A DNA stretch of 64,000 nucleotides from Patescibacteria group bacterium (GCA_042571085.1 JBHPGB010000002.1:6796-70795), one strand, 5' to 3'. Shown: positions 29,296-38,956, counted from the first letter of the stretch. Program-made: numbers and translations. The notes: a model not told the origin generated them from the sequence alone.

Positions 29296-31503
29296 ATGAA
29301 ATTAGTAATCGTTGAGTCCCCCGCTAAAACAAAAAGTGTGGGTAAATATTTAGGATCAGAATATACCGTCACTTCTAGTGTCGGCCATATTCGTGACCTT
29401 CCTAAAAGCAATAAAGCCGCAATTGATATTGAGGCTGGTTTTGTGCCGCATTATGAGGTAAGCAAGGGAAAGGAAAAGGTTGTTGCTGAAATAAAGCGCT
29501 TGGCAAAAAAAGCAGATGAGATATATCTCGCAACCGACCCCGATAGAGAGGGTGAAGCTATTGCATACCACGTGGCAGAAGTAGCTGGAGCGAAAAATCC
29601 AAAGCGTATCGCATTTAATGAAATTACAGAATCTGCTGTACAAGAAGCGATCAAACACCCGCGTGAAATTGATCAAAATCTTCTTAAGGCTCAAGAAGCT
29701 CGTCGGGTATTAGACCGACTTTTTGGTTATGACCTATCAGGCCTTATTTGGAAAAAAGTGCGCTACGGGCTTTCCGCCGGGCGCGTGCAATCTCCTGCAC
29801 TACGTATACTTATGGAGCGCGAACGAGAAATCCGAGCGTTTGACCCTGTTACTTACTGGACAATCAATGCAGAAGTAAAAAAGGATAAGATAGAATTCCC
29901 TCTTGTTTGTGCAGAAGAACCGCGTGAAAAGAAAGAGATGGAGCGAATTTTGGAAGAAGGTAAAAAAGGCGAATGGTCTGTAATGGATGTAAAAGAATCT
30001 GAACAAAAAAGATCTCCAAAGCCTCCGTTTACTACTTCAACTCTACAACAAGCCGCCAGTACACGTCTTGGTTTTGCACCAAGCCGCACCATGGGTGTTG
30101 CACAAAAATTGTACGAGGCAGGACACATCACATATATGCGTACTGACAGCACGACTCTTTCAAAAGATGCGGAGAAACAAATTGTTTCTTTCGTGCAGTC
30201 TGAATATGGAAAAGAATATACTGCGCCACGTACATACAAAACAAAAAGTAAAACTGCCCAAGAAGCCCACGAAGCTGTGCGTCCTTCTAACATCAAAAAA
30301 GAATCTGCTGGAATGAATGAGGACCAGAAAAAACTTTACCGTTTAATTTGGGCCAGAACAGTAGCTTCACAAATGAGTGACGCGAAATTACTCAAGACAA
30401 AAGTTGTTGCAAACATCAAAGAAGAGTCTATTCCAAACTTTTCTATAAATGGTTCACGCGTAATATATGACGGTTGGCTTAAGGCTGATCCTGAAGCGCG
30501 CGGTGAAGACACAGAGGTTCCAAAAGTAGCAAAGGGAGATACACTCAATTTGATTGATATAAGCTCAGAAGAAAAAGAAACAGCGCCACCAGGGAGATAC
30601 ACAGAAGCTGGACTCATAAAAGAATTAGAAAAGCGAGGCATTGGTCGCCCTTCTACGTATGCGTCTACTATTAAAACGGTTGTTGATCGTGGCTACGTAG
30701 AAAAACAAGGACGCACTCTTTTCCCTACCGACACCGGTGATGTTGTCAGCTCTTTCCTTGAAGAACATTTCGCGAAATATATTAGTGATTCTTTTACAGC
30801 AGAAATGGAAGATGAGCTTGATGATATTGCAAATGGTGATCGTGAATATGTGAAAACCCTTAAAGACTTCTATACTCCATTCACAAAAGATGTTGCTTCA
30901 AAAGAAAGTATGGAAAAAATCACAAACATGGGTGAGGCAGATCCAAAATACAAATGTCCTGAGTGTGACGGCAAAATGGTAATCAAGCTCAGCAAAGCTG
31001 GAAAATTTATGTCTTGTGCAAAATTCCCAGAATGTACTGGGGCGCGAACTATTGAAGGAGAAGAATTGGAGGGTCCCAAAAAAATCGGTAAGAAGTGTCC
31101 AAAATGTGGTGACCCAAAACAATCAACCAGAAAAAATGCTAAGAAAAAAATTCCTGGTGAGCTTGTTGAAAGAGATGGACGCTTCGGTAGATTTATATCT
31201 TGTTCAAATTATCCAAAGTGTAAATATATAGAAGAAAGTGCAGAAGAAGTTGCAAAGAAAAATACTGGCGTAAAGTGTACTGAATGTAAGGATGGTGAAA
31301 TGATAGAACGCACAGGGCGCTTCGGAATATTTTACAGCTGTTCAAACTACCCAGAATGTAAGCATGCGATTAAAGCAAAACCTACTGGCAACAAATGTAA
31401 AATGTGTGACAAGCTTATGATGGAAGGGACAAAGACTATTCCGGAAAGATGTTCCGATAAAGCATGTCCAAATCATAGACCAGACAAATTGGATAAGAAA
31501 TAA
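29296..31503 (+). CDS. topA: DNA topoisomerase I with C-terminal zinc-ribbon repeats
   Basis: TOPRIM (MKLVIVESPAKTKSV), catalytic Tyr region, three C4 zinc ribbons at the C-terminus. Confidence 0.9.
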   Translation: MKLVIVESPAKTKSVGKYLGSEYTVTSSVGHIRDLPKSNKAAIDIEAGFVPHYEVSKGKEKVVAEIKRLAKKADEIYLATDPDREGEAIAYHVAEVAGAKNPKRIAFNEITESAVQEAIKHPREIDQNLLKAQEARRVLDRLFGYDLSGLIWKKVRYGLSAGRVQSPALRILMEREREIRAFDPVTYWTINAEVKKDKIEFPLVCAEEPREKKEMERILEEGKKGEWSVMDVKESEQKRSPKPPFTTSTLQQAASTRLGFAPSRTMGVAQKLYEAGHITYMRTDSTTLSKDAEKQIVSFVQSEYGKEYTAPRTYKTKSKTAQEAHEAVRPSNIKKESAGMNEDQKKLYRLIWARTVASQMSDAKLLKTKVVANIKEESIPNFSINGSRVIYDGWLKADPEARGEDTEVPKVAKGDTLNLIDISSEEKETAPPGRYTEAGLIKELEKRGIGRPSTYASTIKTVVDRGYVEKQGRTLFPTDTGDVVSSFLEEHFAKYISDSFTAEMEDELDDIANGDREYVKTLKDFYTPFTKDVASKESMEKITNMGEADPKYKCPECDGKMVIKLSKAGKFMSCAKFPECTGARTIEGEELEGPKKIGKKCPKCGDPKQSTRKNAKKKIPGELVERDGRFGRFISCSNYPKCKYIEESAEEVAKKNTGVKCTECKDGEMIERTGRFGIFYSCSNYPECKHAIKAKPTGNKCKMCDKLMMEGTKTIPERCSDKACPNHRPDKLDKK

Positions 31504-31548
31504 AAAGAGCCGCGACTTATGTCGCGGCTCTTTAGAGCACTAAAACAT

Positions 31549-32217
31549 CTACAACAACACATCCTTATCCATTCTGTTATTAAGAACTCGCCACAACCCG
31601 ATACGATCTGAACTACCAACACGTTGTTCATTACCGAGTCTTTTAATAAGCCAAAGGCTTTCGCCATTAAAATTATAGACTGGCTGCAAATCCCTACGCT
31701 GGGATACTGGTTTAATCACACCTGTGAGATTATCTAGTACCAACGGCTCAGCATGACTGTGTTCATAATATATAAGAACCATATGTGCCACATTCAGCTT
31801 CAAAGATTTTACATAGGTTATGCGAAGTTTCTCAACAGACACACCCATCTCAAGCAAAGTAAAATATTTGGCGATAGAGTAATCTTCACAATCCGCTTGC
31901 CAAACAAAGAGCACCTCGGTCGGTGTTGCCCAATAATCTTCCCTTCCCCAAATTTCATAATCTGATCCGTATTCAGCTTTGTTGAAGAAATCATTAACTA
32001 ACTCAAGTTTTTCATGTTCGGACTTGTCTCTATTGTTTACAATAAGTCCGTGCAATTCTGTAATTCGATTTTTTACAGCTATGTCATGATCTTTGGAAAT
32101 AGCCGTATGTGAAAAAAGAATGACACATATAAAACATGAGAGAATTAGATGGGATGTTTTTTTAAAAAGATCTGTTTCTGTGCGAGATACGCACAGAAAA
32201 TTAATGCGATATTTCAT
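31549..32217 (-). CDS. bacterial transglutaminase-like cysteine peptidase (BTLCP) family protein (start at MKYRINF after a GGAGGA RBS)
   Basis: Signal peptide. Cys motif QADCEDYSIAKY, His in NVAHMVLIYYEH, Asp in LDN, matching the BTLCP Cys-His-Asp arrangement. Confidence 0.6.
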   Translation of the reverse strand: MKYRINFLCVSRTETDLFKKTSHLILSCFICVILFSHTAISKDHDIAVKNRITELHGLIVNNRDKSEHEKLELVNDFFNKAEYGSDYEIWGREDYWATPTEVLFVWQADCEDYSIAKYFTLLEMGVSVEKLRITYVKSLKLNVAHMVLIYYEHSHAEPLVLDNLTGVIKPVSQRRDLQPVYNFNGESLWLIKRLGNEQRVGSSDRIGLWRVLNNRMDKDVLL

Positions 32218-32435
32218 GTCCGTATCCTCCTTAAAAACTGGATGTTCCAAAATTAAATACTGGTTGTAAGTATAACTTAAAATTTAAAAAAGTCAAATAC
32301 TTCCATACGTACATAATACTTGTGAAAAACACCCTAAAAAAGTTTCTTACATTAAACAAAGCCGCGCTAAAGCGCGGCTTTTTGTGGAAATTGGTATCCA
32401 CTCAGAGGCACGGTCGTAAAAGACCTCATTCACAC

Positions 32436-32717
32436 CTATTTTTGATCAAGTTCAAATGGTGTTCGAGGTAAATACATACCATAAACATACCCGCCAAATG
32501 AAAACATGAAAGATAATCCGATTATACCCTGTGCGACGCCTGAAAGCGCAAAACAAAGCACGGTAATGATGGCACATACAATACCACCAATGCAGTATAT
32601 TGGAAACTTTGTATCTGCCCTACTACCGAAATACCAAGAAACTGCTCCGAGTATCATCGAGATAACAAACGCCGCAACCAAACACAAAACAACCAAAAGG
32701 CTCGTATCACTGATCAT
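32436..32717 (-). CDS. small polytopic membrane protein (93 aa)
   Basis: Three predicted TM helices. Downstream terminator AAAGCCGCGCTAAAGCGCGGCTTT. Confidence 0.4.
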   Translation of the reverse strand: MISDTSLLVVLCLVAAFVISMILGAVSWYFGSRADTKFPIYCIGGIVCAIITVLCFALSGVAQGIIGLSFMFSFGGYVYGMYLPRTPFELDQK

Positions 32718-32740
32718 GACCTATCTCCTAAAGATTTGAA

Positions 32741-33022
32741 TTAATCCGCAATCTTACCGCCGCCACTATCAACATTTCGTTTTAGCATATTATTTACAAT
32801 GACAAACCGCACAATCACAAACGAGACAAGTGCTACTGCTAAGCTTACCACGAGAATAATACCAAGTACTTGATCCGGGACAAAAAACATTACTGGTATA
32901 CCAACGCAAAAAGATAGAACGAGTCCATCAAAATCTCCACCAATTCTTCTGAAAGCAAATAATACACCAAGTAATGCAGAGCACCCTGCACATCCAATGA
33001 GGTACCAAATAAAGTCGGTCAT
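32741..33022 (-). CDS. small polytopic membrane protein (93 aa), similar size and topology to the neighbouring gene
   Basis: Three predicted TM helices. Confidence 0.4.
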   Translation of the reverse strand: MTDFIWYLIGCAGCSALLGVLFAFRRIGGDFDGLVLSFCVGIPVMFFVPDQVLGIILVVSLAVALVSFVIVRFVIVNNMLKRNVDSGGGKIAD

Positions 33023-33093
33023 TTTAAACTCCCTCTAACCGTATAATATTGTAATATATTGCCAATCTTCTATTTTTGAGTATACTGAAATAT

Positions 33094-34566
33094 ATGAATG
33101 ATGTCAAAGAAATCATTGATCTAATGAGTGAGCCCTCAGAAAAAGATGCCGCTTTAATACGCAAGGCTTACGAAGTGTCGCAAAAAGCACACGATGGGCA
33201 AACTCGGTACACTGGCGAACCATATTTTTGTCACGTTTTTGAAACCGCAAAAACATTAGCTGAATTACACATGGACTCAGAAACAATCGCTGCTGGATTA
33301 TTGCACGACTCAATTGAAGATGAGCGGTTAAGTGAAGAAAATATAAAAAAGGAATTTGGAGAAGATGTATTGTTCCTAATAAATGGAGTCACAAAACTAG
33401 GTAAACTTAAATACAAAGGACTAAAACGACATGCGGAAAGTTTGCGTAAGCTCTTTATTGCGACGTCACAAGACATGCGTGTGCTTATTATTCGCCTTGC
33501 GGACCGTTTACACAATGTAAAAACTTTGGAAGGACACCCTTCTAAAGAAAAAAGAAAGCGAATAGCAACAGAAACATTAGAAGTTTTTGCTCCACTAGCA
33601 CACCGATTAGGTATGTGGCATCTTCAAGGAGAGCTTGAAGACAACGCTTTTAAGTATGCACTCCCGGAAGAATACAAAAAAATGAAAGAGCTCTTAAAAA
33701 ACAGAAGTAAATTTGATGAAAAACTTATGGAGAAAGTAAGAAGGGCTCTCCAAAAAGAATTGGCACAACATGAAATAAAACCTGTACAAATGAGCTACAG
33801 AACGAAGCGACTTTACAGTTTATATAAAAAACTTTCACGCAAAAAGAGTATTGATGAAATATATGATTTTATAGCGATACGCGTAATAGTTGAAAATGTT
33901 GAAGATTGTTATCGCACACTTGGGATTGTTCACAAAATCTGGCAGCCATTACCAGAGCGTATCAAGGATTACATAGCAATACCAAAACCAAATGGATATC
34001 AAAGCATCCACACAACCATTTTTACCGGGGATGGTGCTGTTGTTGAAATACAAATCAGAACAGAGCAAATGAACAAAGATGCAGAATTAGGTATCGCATC
34101 ACACTTGGCATATAAAGAAGTTGGCGACAGTATCAATAAAAATCATAGATACAAAAAAACTCCTGCTTGGATTGAACAAATACTTGAATGGCAAAAAGGT
34201 GTGTCTGAATCTGGAGAATTCCTAGAACATCTTAAAATGGATTTCTTTAGTAACCGGGTATTCGCATTCACCCCCGAAGGAGATGTGATTGATCTTCCTG
34301 AAGGGTCGAGTGCTGTTGACTTTGCTTATGCAATCCACACAGATGTGGGGCAGCATATCTCTGGAGCAAAAATAAATGGAAAAATGTCGTCATTAGAAAA
34401 CACCCTACACAATGGCGACATTGTTGAAATCCTTACAAATAAAAATAGTCACCCAACAAGCAAGTGGTTAAAGTATGCAAAAACAACGCTCGCAAACAGG
34501 CGTATAAAAGCATATCTTGCAGAACATGACAGCTCAATATTTAATTTTCTTCCAAAGATTGGTTAG
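33094..34566 (+). CDS. rel: bifunctional (p)ppGpp synthetase/hydrolase, short form (HD + synthetase + TGS, no ACT); the ORF-track start at 33076 is a TTG
   Basis: HD motif HDSIED. Synthetase RelA/SpoT motif (DFIAIRVIV, YQSIHTTI). TGS domain (DVIDLPEGSSAVDFAYAIH). Confidence 0.85.
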   Translation: MNDVKEIIDLMSEPSEKDAALIRKAYEVSQKAHDGQTRYTGEPYFCHVFETAKTLAELHMDSETIAAGLLHDSIEDERLSEENIKKEFGEDVLFLINGVTKLGKLKYKGLKRHAESLRKLFIATSQDMRVLIIRLADRLHNVKTLEGHPSKEKRKRIATETLEVFAPLAHRLGMWHLQGELEDNAFKYALPEEYKKMKELLKNRSKFDEKLMEKVRRALQKELAQHEIKPVQMSYRTKRLYSLYKKLSRKKSIDEIYDFIAIRVIVENVEDCYRTLGIVHKIWQPLPERIKDYIAIPKPNGYQSIHTTIFTGDGAVVEIQIRTEQMNKDAELGIASHLAYKEVGDSINKNHRYKKTPAWIEQILEWQKGVSESGEFLEHLKMDFFSNRVFAFTPEGDVIDLPEGSSAVDFAYAIHTDVGQHISGAKINGKMSSLENTLHNGDIVEILTNKNSHPTSKWLKYAKTTLANRRIKAYLAEHDSSIFNFLPKIG

Positions 34567-34600
34567 TAAGAAAAAACCCCGCACAAGCGGGGTTTTTTTC

Positions 34601-35755
34601 TTACAATGAAAAATTCTTCATTGAATATAATTCTTCCTGATCATCCTCATCTTTTTTTTCATTATTACCTTCATTAAATGTTGTAGATTCTGAATCAGCA
34701 ATCTTATCTTCTGATTCTGAGTTTTGTATATTGTATAGATCCTCATCTGCATCACCGCCAAAAAGATTGTCACTCTCGTGAATATCATTTGAAGTATTTT
34801 TATTTTCCTGACCTGACATTTCAGCAACACTTACATATTTTTGACTTGGGTGCTCCGGAACCGAAGTGCCAAGATTTTCAATCGTGTATCCTTCGGTAAC
34901 ATTTGTTTGCATTGTCTCTAAAATTTTTCGCAAATCATCATTTGAAAAGAAATCAATAGTAACCTTTCCACCGTTTTCCTTTTTATCTATTTGTACTCGA
35001 GTACCAAATGTTACTTTAAGTTTTTGTTCTATCTCTATTATTTCAGGGTCTAAATTACTCTTTTTCCGAACTTTGTCATACGCAACACGGCGAGCAATCC
35101 CCTCTGCATCACGCACAGTAAGCTTCTTAAATGTAATCTCTTTATAGAGTGTTATTTGCTCATCTGGACGGTCTACAAGCATCAAAAGTGGTCGTGTGTG
35201 CCCTTCGGTAATCTTACCAGCGACTAATGAATCTAGGATTTCTTGCGGGAGCATAAGCATGCGCAATGTGTTTGCCACATATTCCCTACTTCTTCCAATT
35301 TTTCGCGCAACATCAGCTTTGGAGAATCCAAAATCATCAACAAGCTTTTTGAAGGCAAGTGCTCGATCAAGTGGATTTAAATCTTCACGTTGTAAATTTT
35401 CAATAATTGCAAGCTCCAATTTCATTCTGTCACTATCTTCTGTAGCCCTAATCACTGCTGGAATTTGTGACAAACCTGCAATTTTTGATGCGCGTGTTCG
35501 TCTCTCACCAGAGATCAGCTCATACTCTGTGACCAAGCCGCCATCTGACGTTTCAACTTCTCTACGAGTTACTACGATTGGTTGCAAAATTCCATATGCT
35601 CTAATTGAGCTAGCGAGTTCTCGCAACTTACTCTCATCAAATTCACGTCGTGGTTGATACGGGTTTGGTTTTATTTTTTCAGTTTCTATATAGAAAACAG
35701 AATCATATACTTTGCTTTCTTGTGTTCTATTATCGTTGTTGTTCATGATGCTCAT
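34601..35755 (-). CDS. parB: ParB/Spo0J-family partition protein with long acidic C-terminal tail; no parA in the window
   Basis: ParB box II GERRTRAS. HTH region. Acidic low-complexity C-terminus. Confidence 0.75.
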   Translation of the reverse strand: MSIMNNNDNRTQESKVYDSVFYIETEKIKPNPYQPRREFDESKLRELASSIRAYGILQPIVVTRREVETSDGGLVTEYELISGERRTRASKIAGLSQIPAVIRATEDSDRMKLELAIIENLQREDLNPLDRALAFKKLVDDFGFSKADVARKIGRSREYVANTLRMLMLPQEILDSLVAGKITEGHTRPLLMLVDRPDEQITLYKEITFKKLTVRDAEGIARRVAYDKVRKKSNLDPEIIEIEQKLKVTFGTRVQIDKKENGGKVTIDFFSNDDLRKILETMQTNVTEGYTIENLGTSVPEHPSQKYVSVAEMSGQENKNTSNDIHESDNLFGGDADEDLYNIQNSESEDKIADSESTTFNEGNNEKKDEDDQEELYSMKNFSL

Positions 35756-35835
35756 ATTTTAACACATGAAAATTAAAATCTAAAGTTCTGGAAATGTTTG
35801 ATTTTTATAAACTTTTTCAGTAGTATATGTGCATT

Positions 35836-35899
35836 GCCGGAGTGGTGGAATTGGTATACACGCACGACTCAAAATCGTGTTCCGCAAGGATTGAGGGTT
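35836..35899 (+). pseudogene. truncated tRNA-Leu(CAA) copy: the 5' 64 nt are identical to the complete gene 200 nt downstream, then diverge
   Basis: GCCGGAGTGGTGGAATTGGTATACACGCACGACTCAAAATCGTGTTCCGCAAGGATTGAGGGTT followed by GAACTCCGAGC instead of the T-loop/acceptor. Confidence 0.65.
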
Positions 35900-35931
35900 G
35901 AACTCCGAGCTAGACGAGGAGTGAAAAACCT

Positions 35932-35987
35932 TTTGAGGTAGATTAGAGTGAGGTACGAACGAATAATGTACCCAAAAGGTGTACTGA
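35932..35987. repeat. conserved tRNA-cluster motif (family 2), copy at the Leu(CAA) locus
   Basis: TTTGAGGTAGATTAGAGTGAGGTACGAACGAATAATGTACCCAAAAGGT. Related copies at 50976-51032, 51405-51452, partial at 49932-49947. Confidence 0.65.
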
Positions 35988-36033
35988 TCCTGTAAGGATC
36001 AAGTCCGGACTTGAACCCTTTAAAATTAAATAT

Positions 36034-36115
36034 GCCGGAGTGGTGGAATTGGTATACACGCACGACTCAAAATCGTGTTCCGCAAGGATTGAGGGTTCAA
36101 GTCCCTCCTCCGGCA
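36034..36115 (+). tRNA. tRNA-Leu (anticodon CAA), type II with long variable arm
   Basis: Acceptor GCCGGAG/CTCCGGC. Anticodon stem CACGA/TCGTG, loop CTCAAAA. T-arm GGGTTCAAGTCCC. Confidence 0.8.
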
Positions 36116-36228
36116 CAAAAAGAAAAATCTCAAGTTTTGCTTGAGATTTTTACTTTTTACAAACTAGACAAATGTAATCAAAAAGACTACTATGCTGCCA
36201 GGCTTCCTATGATCTAATGGAGAATATA

Positions 36229-36384
36229 AATGCCTCAGAAAAAACCTGAGCAAAAAATCCCAAAAACCAAACGTTTCGCTGTATCACATAATGTTGTGTG
36301 CCCAAACTGCTGTAAAATGAGCCGTAATGTTAAATTGGGCACACAAACATGTGTGTATTGTTGCAAAAAAATGCACGTCTATTA
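36229..36384 (+). CDS. possible 51-aa Cys-rich zinc-ribbon small protein
   Basis: GGAGAATATAA-ATG RBS. CPNCC...CVYCC motifs. Followed by a strong terminator AAAACCCTTGATC...GATCAAGGGTTT. Below the ORF-track cutoff. Confidence 0.4.
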
Positions 36385-36423
36385 AAAACCCTTGATTCTT
36401 TTTTGATCAAGGGTTTCTTTTAT

Positions 36424-36924
36424 TTACGATTGCTTTTCAATCTCAGTCCCATATTTTTCAAATATAATTTGCCGTAATTCATCTACATACTCCATTCCAA
36501 CTTTCTCCGCAATCGCCAGGGCAAAATATTCCGAAAGATATGGATTCCCTCTTCCAGATAGAATTCCTCCAACACACTCACCACATGGATGTACACCATT
36601 CACAATATCATCTAAACAAGTACACGAAGCTCCTTTACCATGCCATGGATCAAGCGCAATACAAGTGACACATGGTTTTTCTAAACAACATCGATATTCC
36701 CCTTCCATCATCATGTGTTCAATTATTGCATCTTTTTCAGTAATAAAAGCCATCCTATGCTCATCTCCACCATCCATACTCATACTCATGTGTTCATGAT
36801 TCATATCATGCATGCTGTGATTACTTGCGTCCATATTCATTCCACCAACAAAAGATATCCCAGCAACAACAGCCAATATACCAATCATAGATACAAATTT
36901 ATTTAGTTTTTTATTTATTTCCAT
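36424..36924 (-). CDS. secreted Met/His-rich and Cys-rich putative metal-binding protein
   Basis: Signal/TM. HSMHDMNHEHMSMSMDGGDEH Met/His motif. Cys cluster CCLEKPCVTCIALDPWHGKGASCTC. Confidence 0.5.
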   Translation of the reverse strand: MEINKKLNKFVSMIGILAVVAGISFVGGMNMDASNHSMHDMNHEHMSMSMDGGDEHRMAFITEKDAIIEHMMMEGEYRCCLEKPCVTCIALDPWHGKGASCTCLDDIVNGVHPCGECVGGILSGRGNPYLSEYFALAIAEKVGMEYVDELRQIIFEKYGTEIEKQS

Positions 36925-36929
36925 ATAGT

Positions 36930-37421
36930 TTAAAGTGTTAGATATGATGAAACTTCTCCATCAATTAGTTGATAAATTTCCCAAGGTTTTGTTTTGATAC
37001 CAGGCATTCCTGGAGTTCCAGCTGGCATATTTGGTAATGCAATGCCATCAATCTCTGGCTTCTCTTCAATCAAATCATTTACTACAGAAATCGGCACATG
37101 TCCTTCAATAAAGTATCCATCTATTACTGACGTATGACAACTTTCCATTTCTCTTGGAATATTATGTTCCTTTTTTACTGTGCTCATGTCTTCTATCACA
37201 ACCATATTCACATCAAAGCCTTCTTTTTCTAACTCACCAACATACCCAACACAACATCCACATGTTGGAGATTTATACACAGTAATTTTTGGTCCAACTG
37301 AGCTTTCGTTTTGCATCATACTTTCTGTTATGTTTTCTGTTTTATTTTCTTGCCCGAATATGTAGTATCCGCCCAAAGCAACAAAAATCATAACAAATGC
37401 TGTTAATATATCATTTTTCAT
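36930..37421 (-). CDS. DUF411/CopG-like metal-binding protein
   Basis: Signal peptide then YKSPTCGCCVGY plus a conserved His, as in DUF411 copper-resistance proteins. Confidence 0.6.
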   Translation of the reverse strand: MKNDILTAFVMIFVALGGYYIFGQENKTENITESMMQNESSVGPKITVYKSPTCGCCVGYVGELEKEGFDVNMVVIEDMSTVKKEHNIPREMESCHTSVIDGYFIEGHVPISVVNDLIEEKPEIDGIALPNMPAGTPGMPGIKTKPWEIYQLIDGEVSSYLTL

Positions 37422-37486
37422 AATTTGTTTTCTAAATTTAAAAGCACCTATTAAAAAATAGGTGCATGAATAAAGGTTATCGATTA

Positions 37487-37939
37487 TTATTTAATCGATA
37501 TGTTTTCATACACCAAAGTGTGTGAGAAAGAATCTTTATTCCTAATTAAAGCAAGCCATTTTTGTACTGCATACATAAAACGATTTGGTTTAATTTTTTT
37601 ATCAACATTAAATACAGAAATTAATTCTGTATTTAGCTCTAGATACTCTTTATTATTATGTATAAACAATACTGCCAAAAAAGCGAGTGCGACCAAAGAA
37701 AGTAGTAGCAAACTCACGTTCGAATTAAGTATAGATTGCATCAAAGCTTGAAATCCGGAAATATGGTGCAGTGTCATCGCAAAAGCTGTTGTAATATCAG
37801 AACACATAGCACTGGAAAGTACCGCAAACGGACAATCCATATTTCCACCATGCATAGCCATCTCAAACGCAAAAATACCAAACATCCCAACGAGCAGGAC
37901 AGACAAAATCATTAAAATTGAAGTTAATTTAAATTTCAT
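37487..37939 (-). CDS. membrane hypothetical protein with MHGGNMDCP motif
   Basis: Three or four TM helices. Met/His/Cys motif near the N-terminus. Confidence 0.4.
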   Translation of the reverse strand: MKFKLTSILMILSVLLVGMFGIFAFEMAMHGGNMDCPFAVLSSAMCSDITTAFAMTLHHISGFQALMQSILNSNVSLLLLSLVALAFLAVLFIHNNKEYLELNTELISVFNVDKKIKPNRFMYAVQKWLALIRNKDSFSHTLVYENISIK

Positions 37940-37973
37940 TGGTTTATTATATCAAACATGTAAATATTTATAC

Positions 37974-38441
37974 TTAATTCAGCATCAAAAGCGAGTAATT
38001 AAGATATGTAGCGAATGATACCCATGCAAGATATGGGATGAATAGATAGGTGGCGCGATGGTCGATACGCCAGAACAGAACCATTAGTATTATGAGTGTC
38101 GCAAGCACTGCGATAATATCCACAAAAGCAAACAGGATATTTTGCGCGCCGAAAAATAAGATTGACCAAATACCATTCAAAAAGATATGCAAAAAGAAGA
38201 GAAGAAAAACTCTTCGATTATATGTACTATCGAATGCTTTTTGCCATATTAAATAAAATGCAATACCGATAAGTATATACAAAGTAATCCAAACAGGTCC
38301 AAAAATCCAACTCGGTGGATTAAGCGCCGGTTTTGCAATGGTGCTATACCAAGTACTTACTGAAGACATTGTAAAGAGTGACCCGATAAATCCTGCCAGC
38401 TGTGGTATTAAAATTGAAACGATGAGTTTTTTGTAGTTCAT
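37974..38441 (-). CDS. tspO: TspO/MBR family tryptophan-rich sensory protein
   Basis: Five TM helices. NPPSWIFGPVWITLY motif. Confidence 0.75.
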   Translation of the reverse strand: MNYKKLIVSILIPQLAGFIGSLFTMSSVSTWYSTIAKPALNPPSWIFGPVWITLYILIGIAFYLIWQKAFDSTYNRRVFLLFFLHIFLNGIWSILFFGAQNILFAFVDIIAVLATLIILMVLFWRIDHRATYLFIPYLAWVSFATYLNYSLLMLN

Positions 38442-38443
38442 AG

Positions 38444-38956
38444 TTATATTTTACGTGAATCATACGCCCAATGCAAAAGGGCTTGGCGCTGACGTGGGCG
38501 GCACACCAAGTCTTTTGCATTACAATTATTCCTTACCGCACTTGCGTGTCTACGAAACCCTTTCCAGCGTTTTATTTGTCGCTCATCATCCTCATGTCGC
38601 CTACCCATATAGTACCTACAGTACCACTGAAACCATCCTCGCGGATCATCTTTGTGAATCCAACCTTTTTTACGCCACACAGAAAGCGGTTGACTCGCAT
38701 TTATTTTGAAATAATTTATATTTTTGTCGCGCATTTCAGGCGAGAGCTTTGCTTTAGCAAACCAGCTTGCAGGAAACTCTTTTTTACAATCTGTCATATA
38801 CTTCCCACCAAAAACACCGAGCTCCAGCATCTCTTTGGGCGTAAGCTCTGGTTTGAAATCTGGTGCAAAATTCTTTCCCACCGGTTGACTGAGCATATAT
38901 GTATACCCTTTCTGCATCTTATCCCGCACAGTAACTTTTTTCACTCTCTTTTTCAT
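38444..38956 (-). CDS. hypothetical basic protein (170 aa)
   Basis: ORF with conserved-looking Trp/Tyr-rich block WFQWYCRYYMGRR. No confident family assignment. Confidence 0.45.
   Translation of the reverse strand: MKKRVKKVTVRDKMQKGYTYMLSQPVGKNFAPDFKPELTPKEMLELGVFGGKYMTDCKKEFPASWFAKAKLSPEMRDKNINYFKINASQPLSVWRKKGWIHKDDPRGWFQWYCRYYMGRRHEDDERQIKRWKGFRRHASAVRNNCNAKDLVCRPRQRQALLHWAYDSRKI

Noticed and set aside
33076-33093. TTG start for rel reported by the ORF track
   Set aside because: An in-frame ATG (MNDVKEI) 18 nt downstream gives a more conventional start. Neither has a strong SD, so the start remains uncertain.
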